DNA of 35,892 nt, filler included, from an uncultured Synergistales bacterium (GCA_937897575.1; 2 parts of 2 records of this genome joined end to end with filler, not necessarily neighbours in it), one strand, 5' to 3'. Positions 7,996 to 16,683 are shown, numbered from the whole stretch's first letter. Notes: generated from the letters alone by a model not told the origin. Numbers and translations: made by a program.

Positions 7996-9259
7996 ATGAA
8001 GAAAAGGACCCTGTGCAGCGGTGTCTCCATGCTTGGCGCGGTGGACTGGAACCGCACCCTGTTCGACGCTCTCATCCCCCTGCCCGACGGGACGAGCTAC
8101 AACGCCTACCTCGTCGAGGGCACCGACAAGACGGCCCTCATCGACACTACGGACCCCGCTCTCGCCCATGTCCTCCGGGCCCAGCTCGACGACGTGGAGA
8201 AGGTGGACTACCTCATCTCCCTCCACACGGAACAGGACCACTCGGGGCTCCTCCCCGAGCTCCTGAAACGCTACCCCGGCGCCAAGGTCCTCTGCTCGCC
8301 CAAGGCGAAGGAGCTTCTGAAGGACCACCTGCATCTCGACGACGAGGTGCTCCGGACCATGGGCGACGGCGAGACCCTGTCCCTGGGCGGCAAGACCCTC
8401 ACGTTCCTCCATACGCCGTGGGTCCACTGGCCCGAGACCATCTGCGCCTACCTTCAGGAGGACAAGATCCTCTTCTCCTGCGACTTCTTCGGGTCCCACC
8501 TTGCCACGTCCCGGATGTTCGCCGGACGGGACCAGGCCATCTACCTGGGGGCCAAGCGCTACTACGCCGAGATCATGATGCCCTTCCGGTCCATGATCCG
8601 GAACAACATGAAGAAGCTCGAGGGGTACTCCTTCAGCATGATCGCGCCGAGCCACGGCCCCGTCTACGACGAGCCGGACTTCATCCTCGACGCCTACCGC
8701 GACTGGATCTCCGACAGGGTCGCGAACGTGGCCGTCATGCCCTATATCTCCATGCACGGCAGCACGGGGATGATGGCGGACCATCTGCTGGACGCCCTCG
8801 TGGAGCGGGGCGTGGAGGTCCAGAAGTTCGACCTCTCCGTCACGGACATCGGCCGCCTCGCCATGAGCCTCGTGGACGCCGCCACCCTCATCGTGGGGTC
8901 GCCCGCCGTCCACGTCGGCCCTCACCCCGTGGTGGTCTCGACGGCCTACCTGGCCGGCGTCCTCCGCCCGAAGCTCCGGCACACGGCCATATTCGGCTCC
9001 TACGGGTGGGGCAACAAGATCGCCGAGGAGATCGCGAAGCTCGTCTCGGGCCTCAAGGCGGAGCACCTGGGCACGGTCATCTGCAAGGGCATGCCGGGGG
9101 AGGAGCAGTTCGCCGCCCTCCTTTGGGGTTGCTTTGGGGATATTATACGCCATTTGGGGCCTGGGCACGGTCATCTGCAAGGGCATGCCGGGGGAGGAGC
9201 AGTTCGCCGCCCTCGATGCACTCGCCGCGGACATCGCCGCGAAGCACGCGGCCCTCTGA
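7996..9259 (+). CDS. fprA: FprA-family flavodiiron (A-type flavo)protein. Native stop at 9257-9259 is out of frame because of a 94-bp duplication/insertion.
   Basis: GTSYNAYL, HTEQDHSG, VHWPE, FSCDFFG, IAPSHG and flavodoxin YISMHGST and FGSYGW. Removing 94 bp restores EQFAALDALAADIAAKHAAL*. Confidence 0.9.
9066..9214 (+). repeat. Perfect 55-bp direct repeat (9066-9120, 9160-9214) separated by a 39-bp insert containing 3x TTTGGGG
   Basis: CCTGGGCACGGTCATCTGCAAGGGCATGCCGGGGGAGGAGCAGTTCGCCGCCCTC occurs twice. Confidence 0.97.
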
Positions 9260-9273
9260 GGAGCGGCCTCGCC

Positions 9274-10278
9274 ATGAGGAGGAGCGCCGCGCTGTCGCGG
9301 GAGACGGTCCGGGTGGCGGTGGTCCAGGCCGCCTCAGTGATCATGGACAAGCGCAAGACCATCGCGAAGGCCCTGAAGCTCATCGAGGAGGCCGCCGGAC
9401 GGGGCGCGAAGATCATCCTCTTTCCCGAGGCCTTCATCCCCTGCTACCCGAGGGGGCTCACCTTCGGCTCTGTGGTGGGAAGCCGGTCCCCCGAGGGCAG
9501 AAAGGACTGGGGGCGGTACTACGACAACTCCGTGGACGTGCCGGGCCCCGAGACCGAAATTCTCGGGCAAGCCGCCGCCGCGGCCGGGGCGTACCTCGCC
9601 ATCGGCGTCATGGAGCGCGACGGAGGCACCATCTACTGCACCATGGTCACCTTCGGCCCCGACGGGCAGCTGCTGGCCAAGCACCGGAAGCTCAAGCCCA
9701 CGGGGAGCGAGCGGCTCATCTGGGGGGAGGGGGACGGAAGCACCCTCTCCGTCGTGGAGACGCCCTGGGGCATCATGGGCGGCCTCATCTGCTGGGAGAA
9801 CTACATGCCTCTCGCCCGGAGCGCCATGTACGCCCAGGGGGTCTCGATCTACCTGGCCCCCACGGCGGACCAGCGCGACGGCTGGCAGTGCTCCATGCGC
9901 CACATCGCCCTGGAGGGGCGGTGCTACGTCCTGTCGTGCAACCAGTTCGTCACGAAGGACATGTACCCCAGAGACCTGGCGTGCTACAAAGAGCTCGCCG
10001 CCCAGCCGGACCTCATGTGCCGGGGGGGCAGCGCCATCGTCGACCCCCTGGGAAACTACGTGGCGGGCCCCGTGTGGAACAGGGAGGAGATCATCGTGGC
10101 GGACCTCGACATGGGGAACGTCATAGACGCCCGGTTCGACTTCGACGTGGTGGGGCACTACGCCCGCCCCGACGTGTTCACCCTCATGGTGGACCTCGAG
10201 GAGAAGGCCGGCACCATGGCCTACCACGACGACGGGCTCGCCTTCGAGCCCTGCTGCGGGGACGGCGAGCCGGAATAA
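9274..10278 (+). CDS. Nitrilase / carbon-nitrogen hydrolase
   Basis: Glu-Lys-Cys triad motifs LFPEA, HRKLKPT and LICWENYMP, plus FDVVGHYARPDVF. Own GAGGAG RBS before ATG 9274. Confidence 0.92.
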   Translation: MRRSAALSRETVRVAVVQAASVIMDKRKTIAKALKLIEEAAGRGAKIILFPEAFIPCYPRGLTFGSVVGSRSPEGRKDWGRYYDNSVDVPGPETEILGQAAAAAGAYLAIGVMERDGGTIYCTMVTFGPDGQLLAKHRKLKPTGSERLIWGEGDGSTLSVVETPWGIMGGLICWENYMPLARSAMYAQGVSIYLAPTADQRDGWQCSMRHIALEGRCYVLSCNQFVTKDMYPRDLACYKELAAQPDLMCRGGSAIVDPLGNYVAGPVWNREEIIVADLDMGNVIDARFDFDVVGHYARPDVFTLMVDLEEKAGTMAYHDDGLAFEPCCGDGEPE

Positions 10279-10322
10279 CAGAAGACCTTCCACCAGATAC
10301 CGAAAGATTTCAGACACCGGAT

Positions 10323-10357
10323 GAGGGACAGGGGCATGCCTCCTGTCCCTCCTTTTT
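10323..10357 (+). terminator. Intrinsic terminator after nitrilase
   Basis: GAGGGACAGG...CCTGTCCCTC followed by CTTTTT. Confidence 0.75.
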
Positions 10358-10733
10358 GTCGATTGGGCTCCGGCGGTCTTTTTGCGCTCCCCCGAGGCCG
10401 GCTGTCCGCCCTCCGGAGCAGGGGAGTTCCTGTACGTCCCCTCTCTCGCTGAAGGCCGCCGACGGCGCTCTCCGGTCACAAGACGCGTTCCCCGGATCGG
10501 GAGGATGCCCTGTTTTTTTCGAGAGCCCCTGCCCCTCTGGCGTTCCTCTGGTCTCCCTGCGACGTCTCGAGCAGTCCGACGGGACAGCACCCACCGTTCG
10601 CTCCATACCGGGAAGCTCCCGACCGGAGAGGAAGAGCCTGTGCCGCCGCCAGGAATCCAAGCCACAAGAGAGGCCCGTCGGGTCGAGAGACTCACTCCAA
10701 AGGACCTGTTCCCCTCGTGTCAGGGCAGGGCCT

Positions 10734-11369
10734 TCACGCTCCGTACTCGTCGAGAGAGCGCTGGAGGGACTCCGCGAACCTGCCGACGTGGAGTCCGTCC
10801 ACAAAGGAGTGGTGGACCTGCACGGAGAACGGAAGGACGGTCCGCGCCTCCCGCTCGAAGTACTTCCCCCAGTCGAACAGCGGGGTGGCGTTGTCCCGCC
10901 TCCCCGAGACGGTATGGGAGATATGGGTGTAGGACACCCAGGGGAGCGGCGAGAACTGGAACACGTCGTTGCCCAGAGGCCCCGTGAAATACTCCCTCTG
11001 CTCCTCGGCGGCCTTCGCGGCGGCGGCCACATACTCCTCCATGGAGTCCCTCATCTCGGCGCGCACGACCTTGAAAAGCTCCGTCTCCCCGTCGAGCCAG
11101 GTGAAGGCGGTGTCTATTCTGTCGAACAGCACGACCCGGCCGTCCACGAAGCGGTACCGGAACTCCTCGATGGCGTTCGCGCACCTCGAGACGGCGAAGA
11201 TCAGCGCCAGAGTGAAGGAGAGCCCCCGCTCCCTCGTCCACCGCAGAAAGTCGGTGACGTCCAGCTCGAAGGTTACACAGAACGCCGGTTCAACACAGTC
11301 CCTGAAGACCGAGCAGTGGATCGCCCGCTTCCAGTTCTTCTCGTCGATGACGGTGTATCGTCCAGACAT
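10734..11369 (-). CDS. CatA-like (type A chloramphenicol) O-acetyltransferase
   Basis: IDEKNWKRAIH, FSPLPWVSYT, FDWGKY and catalytic QVHHSFVDGLH. ATG 11369 with GGAGGG RBS. Confidence 0.88.
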   Translation of the reverse strand: MSGRYTVIDEKNWKRAIHCSVFRDCVEPAFCVTFELDVTDFLRWTRERGLSFTLALIFAVSRCANAIEEFRYRFVDGRVVLFDRIDTAFTWLDGETELFKVVRAEMRDSMEEYVAAAAKAAEEQREYFTGPLGNDVFQFSPLPWVSYTHISHTVSGRRDNATPLFDWGKYFEREARTVLPFSVQVHHSFVDGLHVGRFAESLQRSLDEYGA

Positions 11370-11498
11370 TGCCGTCCCTCCCTGCAAACAAACTCCGGAG
11401 CTCCTCACGGGGAGCGCCCATCGAATTCCGGGAATGCGAGGCCGACCGTTCCCCGGGCGAAGGCGCCGCGGAGGGGCATGGCGAGCCCCCGCAGGAAG

Positions 11499-11527
11499 AG
11501 TATAGTGCCCCGGACCGGCGTGGTCAA
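11499..11527 (-). promoter_or_regulatory. Putative sigma70 promoter of cat-like gene
   Basis: TTGACC-17 nt-TATACT on minus strand. Confidence 0.6.
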
Positions 11528-11572
11528 AACCGCGCAGTCCAGCCCTTCGCCCGGTCCATTTGCCGAGAGGAT

Positions 11573-11601
11573 TTGACAGCGTCGAACCGTTGTGGTACGG
11601 T
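11573..11601 (+). promoter_or_regulatory. Putative trp leader promoter
   Basis: TTGACA-17 nt-TACGGT with TG extension. Confidence 0.6.
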
Positions 11602-11631
11602 ACCGCCATTCGAAGTATGGAGGCGCTTTTT

Positions 11632-11679
11632 GTGAGACGAAACACCATGCTCAGTCAAAATTGGTGGTGGCAGGCCTAG
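11632..11679 (+). CDS. trpL: Tryptophan leader peptide MRRNTMLSQNWWWQA
   Basis: GGAGG RBS at 11619-11623, GTG start, three tandem TGG codons at 11662-11670, TAG stop. Lies upstream of trpB. Confidence 0.88.
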   Translation: MRRNTMLSQNWWWQA

Positions 11680-11787
11680 ACGCCTGCCCCACGTGACCAC
11701 GGAGATCGCGAGCTCAGCACCATAAGCGCGTTCATCCGGCCGCGGAGGCAGGTCCTGAAAGGGATCATCTTCCGCGGTCTGTTTTTT
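11664..11787 (+). promoter_or_regulatory. Ribosome-dependent trp transcription attenuator (1:2, 2:3, 3:4 helices)
   Basis: 1:2 is GTGGTGGCAGGC/GCCTGCCCCAC. 2:3 is GCCTGCC (11682-11688)/GGCAGGT (11747-11753). 3:4 is GGCCGCGGAGG...GAAA loop...TTCCGCGGTC followed by TGTTTTTT. Confidence 0.85.
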
Positions 11788-11791
11788 CCCG

Positions 11792-11825
11792 AAGGGGGAG
11801 GGCCGACAAGGGCCCTCCCCCTTTT
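11792..11825 (+). repeat. Second terminator-like hairpin, similar to the 904-938 hairpin
   Basis: AAGGGGGAGGGCC-GACAAG-GGCCCTCCCCCTT. Confidence 0.6.
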
Positions 11826-11956
11826 CATATTCCGGAGCAAAGGAGGTGCGCGTCTTGGGAACCTGAAGGAGCGGGAACACGTACTGCGATCCACGTCGGA
11901 CAAGCGATCGGTACCGAAAAAATACGGGAAGACCCAATGAAAGGAGAGCAATCGCA

Positions 11957-13168
11957 ATGACAACGAAACTGCCCATGTACTTCGGAGAATTCGGAGGACA
12001 GTACGTCCCGGAGACCCTCGTTCCCATCCTCGAGGAGCTGGAAAACGCCTACGTGACGTGCACGGAGGACCCCTCCTTCGGCCGGGAGCTCTCGGCGCTG
12101 CTGAAGAACTACGTCGGCCGCCCGTCGCCCCTCTACTTCGCCTCCCGCATGACGGAGGCCCTGGGGGGCGCGAAGATCTACCTGAAACGGGAGGATCTGA
12201 ACCATACGGGGTCCCACAAGATCAACAACGTCCTGGGGCAGGTGCTCCTGGCTCGGCGCATGGGGAAGAAAAAGGTCATCGCCGAGACGGGCGCCGGGCA
12301 GCACGGCGTCGCCACGGCCACGGCCGCCGCGCTCTTCGGCATGGAGTGCGTGGTCTACATGGGGGAGGAGGACGTCCGGCGCCAGGCTCCGAACGTGGCG
12401 CGCATGAAGATCCTCGGCGCGAAGGTGGTCTCCGTGACGTCGGGGCAGGGGACCCTCAAGGACGCCGTGGACGAGGCCTTCCGCGTCTGGGAGGGAGAGG
12501 CCTCCGAGACCTTCTACGTCATCGGCTCCGCCCTGGGGCCCCACCCGTACCCCACCATGGTGCGGGACTTTCAGAGGATCATCGGCGTGGAGGCGAGGGC
12601 CCAGATCCTCGAGGCGGAGGGACGGCTGCCCGATGCGGTGGTGGCCTGCGTCGGCGGCGGAAGCAACGCCATAGGCGCGTTCCACGCCTTCGTCCCCGAT
12701 GAGGGCGTCGCCCTCGTTGGGGTGGAGGCCGGGGGCAAGGGCATCGCCTCGGGCCTCCACGCCTCCGCCATGGCGGTGGGGCGGCCGTCGGTGCTCCACG
12801 GCTTCTACTCCTACGCCATGATCGGCGAAGCCGGCGATGTCCTGCCCCCCTACTCCATCTCCGCCGGGCTGGACTACCCGGGGGTGGGGCCCGAGCACAG
12901 CCACCTCGCCAGGACGGGGCGGGCGACCTACGTCTCCGCGACGGACGACGAGGCGGTGGATGCCTTCTTCCGACTCAGCCGCCTGGAGGGCATCATACCG
13001 GCCCTCGAAAGCGCCCACGCCCTCGCCTACGCCATCAGGACGGCCCCCTCCCTGCCGAGGGACAGGATCCTTCTGGTGAACCTCTCCGGCCGAGGGGACA
13101 AGGACCTGGACACCGTACTGGACCTCGCGGGCAAAGGGGTGGCGGCGGAGGGGGAAAAGACGGTATAA
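11957..13168 (+). CDS. trpB: Tryptophan synthase beta subunit (TrpB1 type), no trpA adjacent
   Basis: [26 protein letters not shown] (PLP Lys), [28 protein letters not shown] and LSGRGDKD. Confidence 0.97.
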   Translation: MTTKLPMYFGEFGGQYVPETLVPILEELENAYVTCTEDPSFGRELSALLKNYVGRPSPLYFASRMTEALGGAKIYLKREDLNHTGSHKINNVLGQVLLARRMGKKKVIAETGAGQHGVATATAAALFGMECVVYMGEEDVRRQAPNVARMKILGAKVVSVTSGQGTLKDAVDEAFRVWEGEASETFYVIGSALGPHPYPTMVRDFQRIIGVEARAQILEAEGRLPDAVVACVGGGSNAIGAFHAFVPDEGVALVGVEAGGKGIASGLHASAMAVGRPSVLHGFYSYAMIGEAGDVLPPYSISAGLDYPGVGPEHSHLARTGRATYVSATDDEAVDAFFRLSRLEGIIPALESAHALAYAIRTAPSLPRDRILLVNLSGRGDKDLDTVLDLAGKGVAAEGEKTV

Positions 13169-13236
13169 TGACCCCGCACCGCGCTTCATGGATCTTTCGC
13201 CGCGCGGACGAGAACGGACAATGAGGAGGAGATTGC

Positions 13237-13488
13237 ATGGATTGGGGACGGGCTCCGGCGGATACCATGGTCGTTCCGTCAAAGAACATCACCCTTCGGG
13301 ACGTGGTTCAGGCCGCGGCCGACGGGGTCGACACGGTAGACGGCCTTCTCGGGCACTTCGACGTGGAGGAGGGGACGGCGGGGACGGAGGAGTTGCAGCC
13401 CATCCTCGACGTGTTCATCCCGGCCATCGCGCGCCTTCGAAGCGGCCAGTGCGGTGGCGGCTGATCGGGCTGCTCGGGCAGCTGTTAG
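13237..13488 (+). CDS. Small Bfd-like domain protein, predicted selenoprotein (UGA 13462-13464 read as Sec gives C-terminus CGGGUSGCSGSC). Ends at 13464 if UGA is a stop.
   Basis: GAGGAG RBS and TATAAT at 13164-13169. The in-frame TGA sits at a Cys position of a Cys/Gly/Ser tail, with a SECIS-like hairpin 11 nt downstream. The terminator follows TAG 13488. The CDS itself is more certain than the Sec call. Confidence 0.75.
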
Positions 13489-13494
13489 CCGCCC
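13476..13494 (+). promoter_or_regulatory. Candidate bacterial SECIS element
   Basis: GGGC-A-GCT-GTT-AGC-C-GCCC. Loop G and U fall at +23/+24 counting the U of UGA as +1. Confidence 0.62.
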
Positions 13495-13502
13495 ATGAAG
13501 GG

Positions 13503-13542
13503 AAACGGGGCTTCCCCTACGACAGGGGAGCCCCGTTTTTTT
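13503..13542. terminator. Intrinsic terminator (probably bidirectional)
   Basis: AAACGGGGCTTCCCCT-ACGAC-AGGGGAGCCCCGTTTTTTT. Confidence 0.85.
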
Positions 13543-13615
13543 GCGCCCTAGGGCTCTCCTTGGCCCTCATGGCGCCCTCTCTCACAGGGGGTCGGTCTTG
13601 ACGCGGCGAAGCCGG

Positions 13616-13945
13616 TCACAGGGCAGCCCGTTTTTCCCTCTTCGGCTTCGGCAGCGGCGTCGCCGCCGCGAGAAGAGGCAAGACCTCGCGGCAGAGAGTT
13701 TCGTCGTCGATGTCGAGGATGTAGTGCTCCCTCGCACCGGCATAGGGGACCCCTGTCCCGGCCCTCTCCATGAGCCCGGCCACGCAGTCCAGCTTCTTGA
13801 CGTACACCGTGTTGTCGCACACGAGAAGGACGGGTCTCTCGTCGAGATACACCATGTATTCGCCGAACATCTTTCGGTACCGGACGGACCCGGCACCCCG
13901 CACGCTCTCGCAGACGTACTCGATGAACTCCTCCGACGTGGCCAT
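13616..13945 (-). CDS. TfoX/Sxy N-terminal domain protein
   Basis: MATSEEFIEYV...YRKMFGEYMVY...LVCDNTVYVK...PYAGAREH. AGGAGGT RBS before ATG 13945. Confidence 0.88.
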   Translation of the reverse strand: MATSEEFIEYVCESVRGAGSVRYRKMFGEYMVYLDERPVLLVCDNTVYVKKLDCVAGLMERAGTGVPYAGAREHYILDIDDETLCREVLPLLAAATPLPKPKREKRAAL

Positions 13946-14079
13946 AGGGACCTCCTGTGTGCGGCCCTTCAGGGGAAGGGCCGTGTGCCCGTTCTCGATC
14001 TGTTCTCGGTCCATCCGATACCCTTCGGCTTTCCAGATCGGCGACGAGGCGGGTTCCGGCACGGCCGGGGTCCGGGGGC

Positions 14080-16230
14080 CTACTTCACCCGCATGGAGTT
14101 CAGGATCACCGAGACGGAGCTGAGGGTCATGGCCCCCTCGGCGATGACGGGGTGGAGCAGGGCCGCCATGGCCAGCGGGATGGCCACCAGGTTGTAGGCG
14201 AAGGCCCAGAAGAGGTTCTGCCGGATCACCGAGAAGGTCTTTCGGGAGATGGAGACCGCATCGGCGATGCGGGAAATCCCTCCCTTCACGATGATCACGT
14301 CGGCGCTGTCGATGGCCAGATCGGTCCCCGAGCCCACCGCCGCGCCCACGTCCGCTCCCTTGAGGGCGGCGGCGTCGTTCATGCCGTCCCCGGCCATGAG
14401 CACCTTGCCTCCCCGGGCCTGAAGACGCCGGATGAGGTCGAGCTTCCCGTCGGGCCGGACCCCGGCGTACACCTCCGTGATCCCCACCCGCTTCGCCACG
14501 GCCCGGGCGGTCTTCTCGTTGTCCCCCGTGGCCATGACGCAGGTTATCCCCATGTCGGCAAGGCGCCTGACCCCCTCCACGGCGTCGTCGCGCAGGGGGT
14601 CCTCCACGGCGATGAAGCCCGCCCGCTCCCCGTTCCTCCGGACCTCCACCACGGTGCGCCCCAGCTCGAGGTGCCCGTCGTACAGCCCGCTCTCCCGGGG
14701 CCGCCCCACGAAGTAGGCCGCGCCGTTCACCGTGCCCTCTATGCCCTCTCCCACGATCTCTTTCACGTCCTCCACGGGAAGGCGGGTCAAAGACGCCTCC
14801 GCGATGGCCTTGGCGAGGGGGTGGTTCGAGAAGGACTCCAGCGACGCCGCGGCGTCCAGGTCCCCGGCGGAGAGGTCCGTCTCCGTCACGGCTGGGCGTC
14901 CCTCGGTGATGGTCCCCGTCTTGTCCAGCACCACCACCGAGACCTCCCGGGCGGTCTGGATGGCCTCGGCGTTCCGGATGATGAGCCCCCGCCTGGACGC
15001 CGCCCCCGTCCCGGTGATGAGCGCCATGGGCGTGGCGAGGCCCAAGGCGCAGGGGCACGCGATGACGATGGTGGAGATGAAGGCGAACACGGCGAGGGAG
15101 AGGGGGTCCCGCAGATCGGTGGCCCAGGGCAGCCAGCGCCCCGCCCAGTCAAGCAGCGGCGTGAAGCGTTCGGCCCCGAAGTACCAGAGCAGCCCGGCGA
15201 TCCCCGCCAGTGCCGCCACCGCCGGGACAAAGGAGTTGGTCACCCTGTCGGCGAAGGCCTGAATGGGGACCTTGGCCCCCTGGGCCTCCTGGATGAGGGA
15301 CACCATCCGGGCGAGGAAGCTGTCCTCACCCACGCGGGTCGCCCGGAGGGAGACCGCTCCGGTGAGGTTGAGGGAGCCCCCCGTCACCTCGTCGCCGAGG
15401 CCCTTCGTCACGGGGAGGGACTCCCCCGTGATCATGGACTCGTCCACCGACGTGGCCCCCTCGATCATCACGCCATCGGCCGGGATGCGCTCCCCGGGGC
15501 GCACCAGAAGGGTCATCCCCGCCTGGACCGCCTCGATGGGGACGAGGAGCTCCCGGTCCCCCTCCATCACCCTGGCCTCCCGGGCCTGGACGGCGAGCAG
15601 GGACCGTATCTCCTTGGAGGCCCTGTCCCGGAGGTGGGATTCGATGTACCGCCCCGTGATGTGGAGCGCCATGATCATGGCCCCCACGGCGCCGAAGGAG
15701 ATCACCGGCAGCCCGAGAAACGAGAGGACAGCCGTGGTCCACGCCGCCGCGGACCCCGCCACCACCAGGACGTCCATGTTGGCGTGCCCGTGGGTGAGGG
15801 CGATCCACGCCCCCCGGACGGAGTCCCGCCCCGCCCAGAAGAGGACCAGGGCGCCGCCCAGGACCTCGGCCCAGGGGTAGCCGGGCACGTGACGCCCCAT
15901 CATGTGCAGGGCCATGAGCCCCATGAGGGGGGCGGTGACGGCCCACGACAGGATGAGGTTCCTCCGCACCCGGGCGTAGCGCTTTGTCTCGAGGTCCTGG
16001 GGGCGTTCGTGGGAGACCTCGTAGCCGGCGCTTCGCACCGCCTCCTCCAGGGTCTCCCGGGGAATCTCCCGTCCGGAGACCACGAAGGCCGTCTCCGTGG
16101 CGAGGTTCACCGCGGCGAAGTCCACGCCCTCCACCTTTCTCAGGGCGCGCTCCACCATACGGGCGCAGGTGGCGCACGTCATTCCCGTCACGGTCAGGCT
16201 CGTCTTGAACTGTCGCTCGTTCCCCTCCAT
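14080..16230 (-). CDS. copA: Copper-translocating P1B-1 ATPase
   Basis: GMTCATC, TGES, CPC, DKTGT, HP, GDGMNDA, YN and MxxSS motifs. ATG 16230 with GGAGGAG RBS. Confidence 0.93.
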   Translation of the reverse strand: MEGNERQFKTSLTVTGMTCATCARMVERALRKVEGVDFAAVNLATETAFVVSGREIPRETLEEAVRSAGYEVSHERPQDLETKRYARVRRNLILSWAVTAPLMGLMALHMMGRHVPGYPWAEVLGGALVLFWAGRDSVRGAWIALTHGHANMDVLVVAGSAAAWTTAVLSFLGLPVISFGAVGAMIMALHITGRYIESHLRDRASKEIRSLLAVQAREARVMEGDRELLVPIEAVQAGMTLLVRPGERIPADGVMIEGATSVDESMITGESLPVTKGLGDEVTGGSLNLTGAVSLRATRVGEDSFLARMVSLIQEAQGAKVPIQAFADRVTNSFVPAVAALAGIAGLLWYFGAERFTPLLDWAGRWLPWATDLRDPLSLAVFAFISTIVIACPCALGLATPMALITGTGAASRRGLIIRNAEAIQTAREVSVVVLDKTGTITEGRPAVTETDLSAGDLDAAASLESFSNHPLAKAIAEASLTRLPVEDVKEIVGEGIEGTVNGAAYFVGRPRESGLYDGHLELGRTVVEVRRNGERAGFIAVEDPLRDDAVEGVRRLADMGITCVMATGDNEKTARAVAKRVGITEVYAGVRPDGKLDLIRRLQARGGKVLMAGDGMNDAAALKGADVGAAVGSGTDLAIDSADVIIVKGGISRIADAVSISRKTFSVIRQNLFWAFAYNLVAIPLAMAALLHPVIAEGAMTLSSVSVILNSMRVK

Positions 16231-16292
16231 GCGCTCCTCCTTCGGGGCCGCTCGCCCTCCCCCCGGAGGGAGAGCGCCCCTTCTTGCGACGT

Positions 16293-16496
16293 TCAGCTTC
16301 TGAGCGTCGCCTCGTACCCGGCGTCGGCCATGATCTTTTTGGGCGTCTCGCCGTCGGGGGCCTCCACGGACACGGTCTTCTCCTCCACGGAGATGACGTA
16401 GTCCTTCAGCCCTGCAGCCTCCATGGCCTTCGCGATGCGCATCTTGCAGTGGTCGCAGGTCATGTCGGGCACTGAATAGGTAAATCTGGACATCAT
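16293..16496 (-). CDS. copZ: Heavy-metal-associated (HMA) copper chaperone
   Basis: 67 aa, VPDMTCDHC...AGY. Directly upstream of copA. TGcTATAAT promoter at 16548-16556 (minus strand). Confidence 0.85.
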   Translation of the reverse strand: MMSRFTYSVPDMTCDHCKMRIAKAMEAAGLKDYVISVEEKTVSVEAPDGETPKKIMADAGYEATLRS

Positions 16497-16654
16497 ACAC
16501 TCCTCCTCTCTGCTGCATCGTTTGTGAAAGGTCTTCTCTTTACATGTATTATAGCAGGGGAGAGCGAAAAATCATACTATATTTATATGGTTTTTATCGC
16601 CTCGCCTCCCGCGGACGGAGCGCCCCACCCTCTGCACGGGAGAGAAACCCACCC

Positions 16655-16683
16655 TTGACAAAGGGGTGCGGGCACCCCATGAT
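16655..16683 (+). promoter_or_regulatory. Putative promoter with inverted repeat GGGGTGC-GG-GCACCCC in spacer
   Basis: TTGACA-17 nt-CATGAT. Confidence 0.5.

Noticed and set aside
9066..9214. Repeat-spacer-repeat as a mini CRISPR array
   Set aside because: The repeat is 55 bp of fprA coding sequence, there are only two copies, and there are no cas genes or leader.
7996..10278. 760-aa flavodiiron-nitrilase fusion as a novel enzyme
   Set aside because: The read-through exists only because of the 94-bp duplication/insertion. The native fprA stop and a separate nitrilase RBS/ATG are both intact.
11405..11479. 24-codon uORF as a chloramphenicol-inducible cat leader peptide
   Set aside because: Weak RBS, no similarity to known cat leaders, and no hairpin sequestering the cat RBS.
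7800..11576. 1258-aa ORF and other long alternative-frame or antisense ORFs (e.g. 13957-16401, 22611-24578, 25528-28422, 30983-32479)
   Set aside because: Shadow ORFs of GC-rich genes: Arg/Pro/Gly-rich or antisense-patterned, no motifs, overlapping well-supported genes.
11602..11956. T-box riboswitch in the trpB leader
   Set aside because: No GGUGGNACCGCG T-box motif at an antiterminator position. The Trp leader peptide and attenuator helices explain the region.
16541..16595. CopY or CsoR operator at the copZ promoter
   Set aside because: TACATGTA lacks the 2-nt spacer of the cop box, and there is no C-tract/G-tract CsoR site. The AT-rich imperfect repeat at 16567-16595 is too weak to call.
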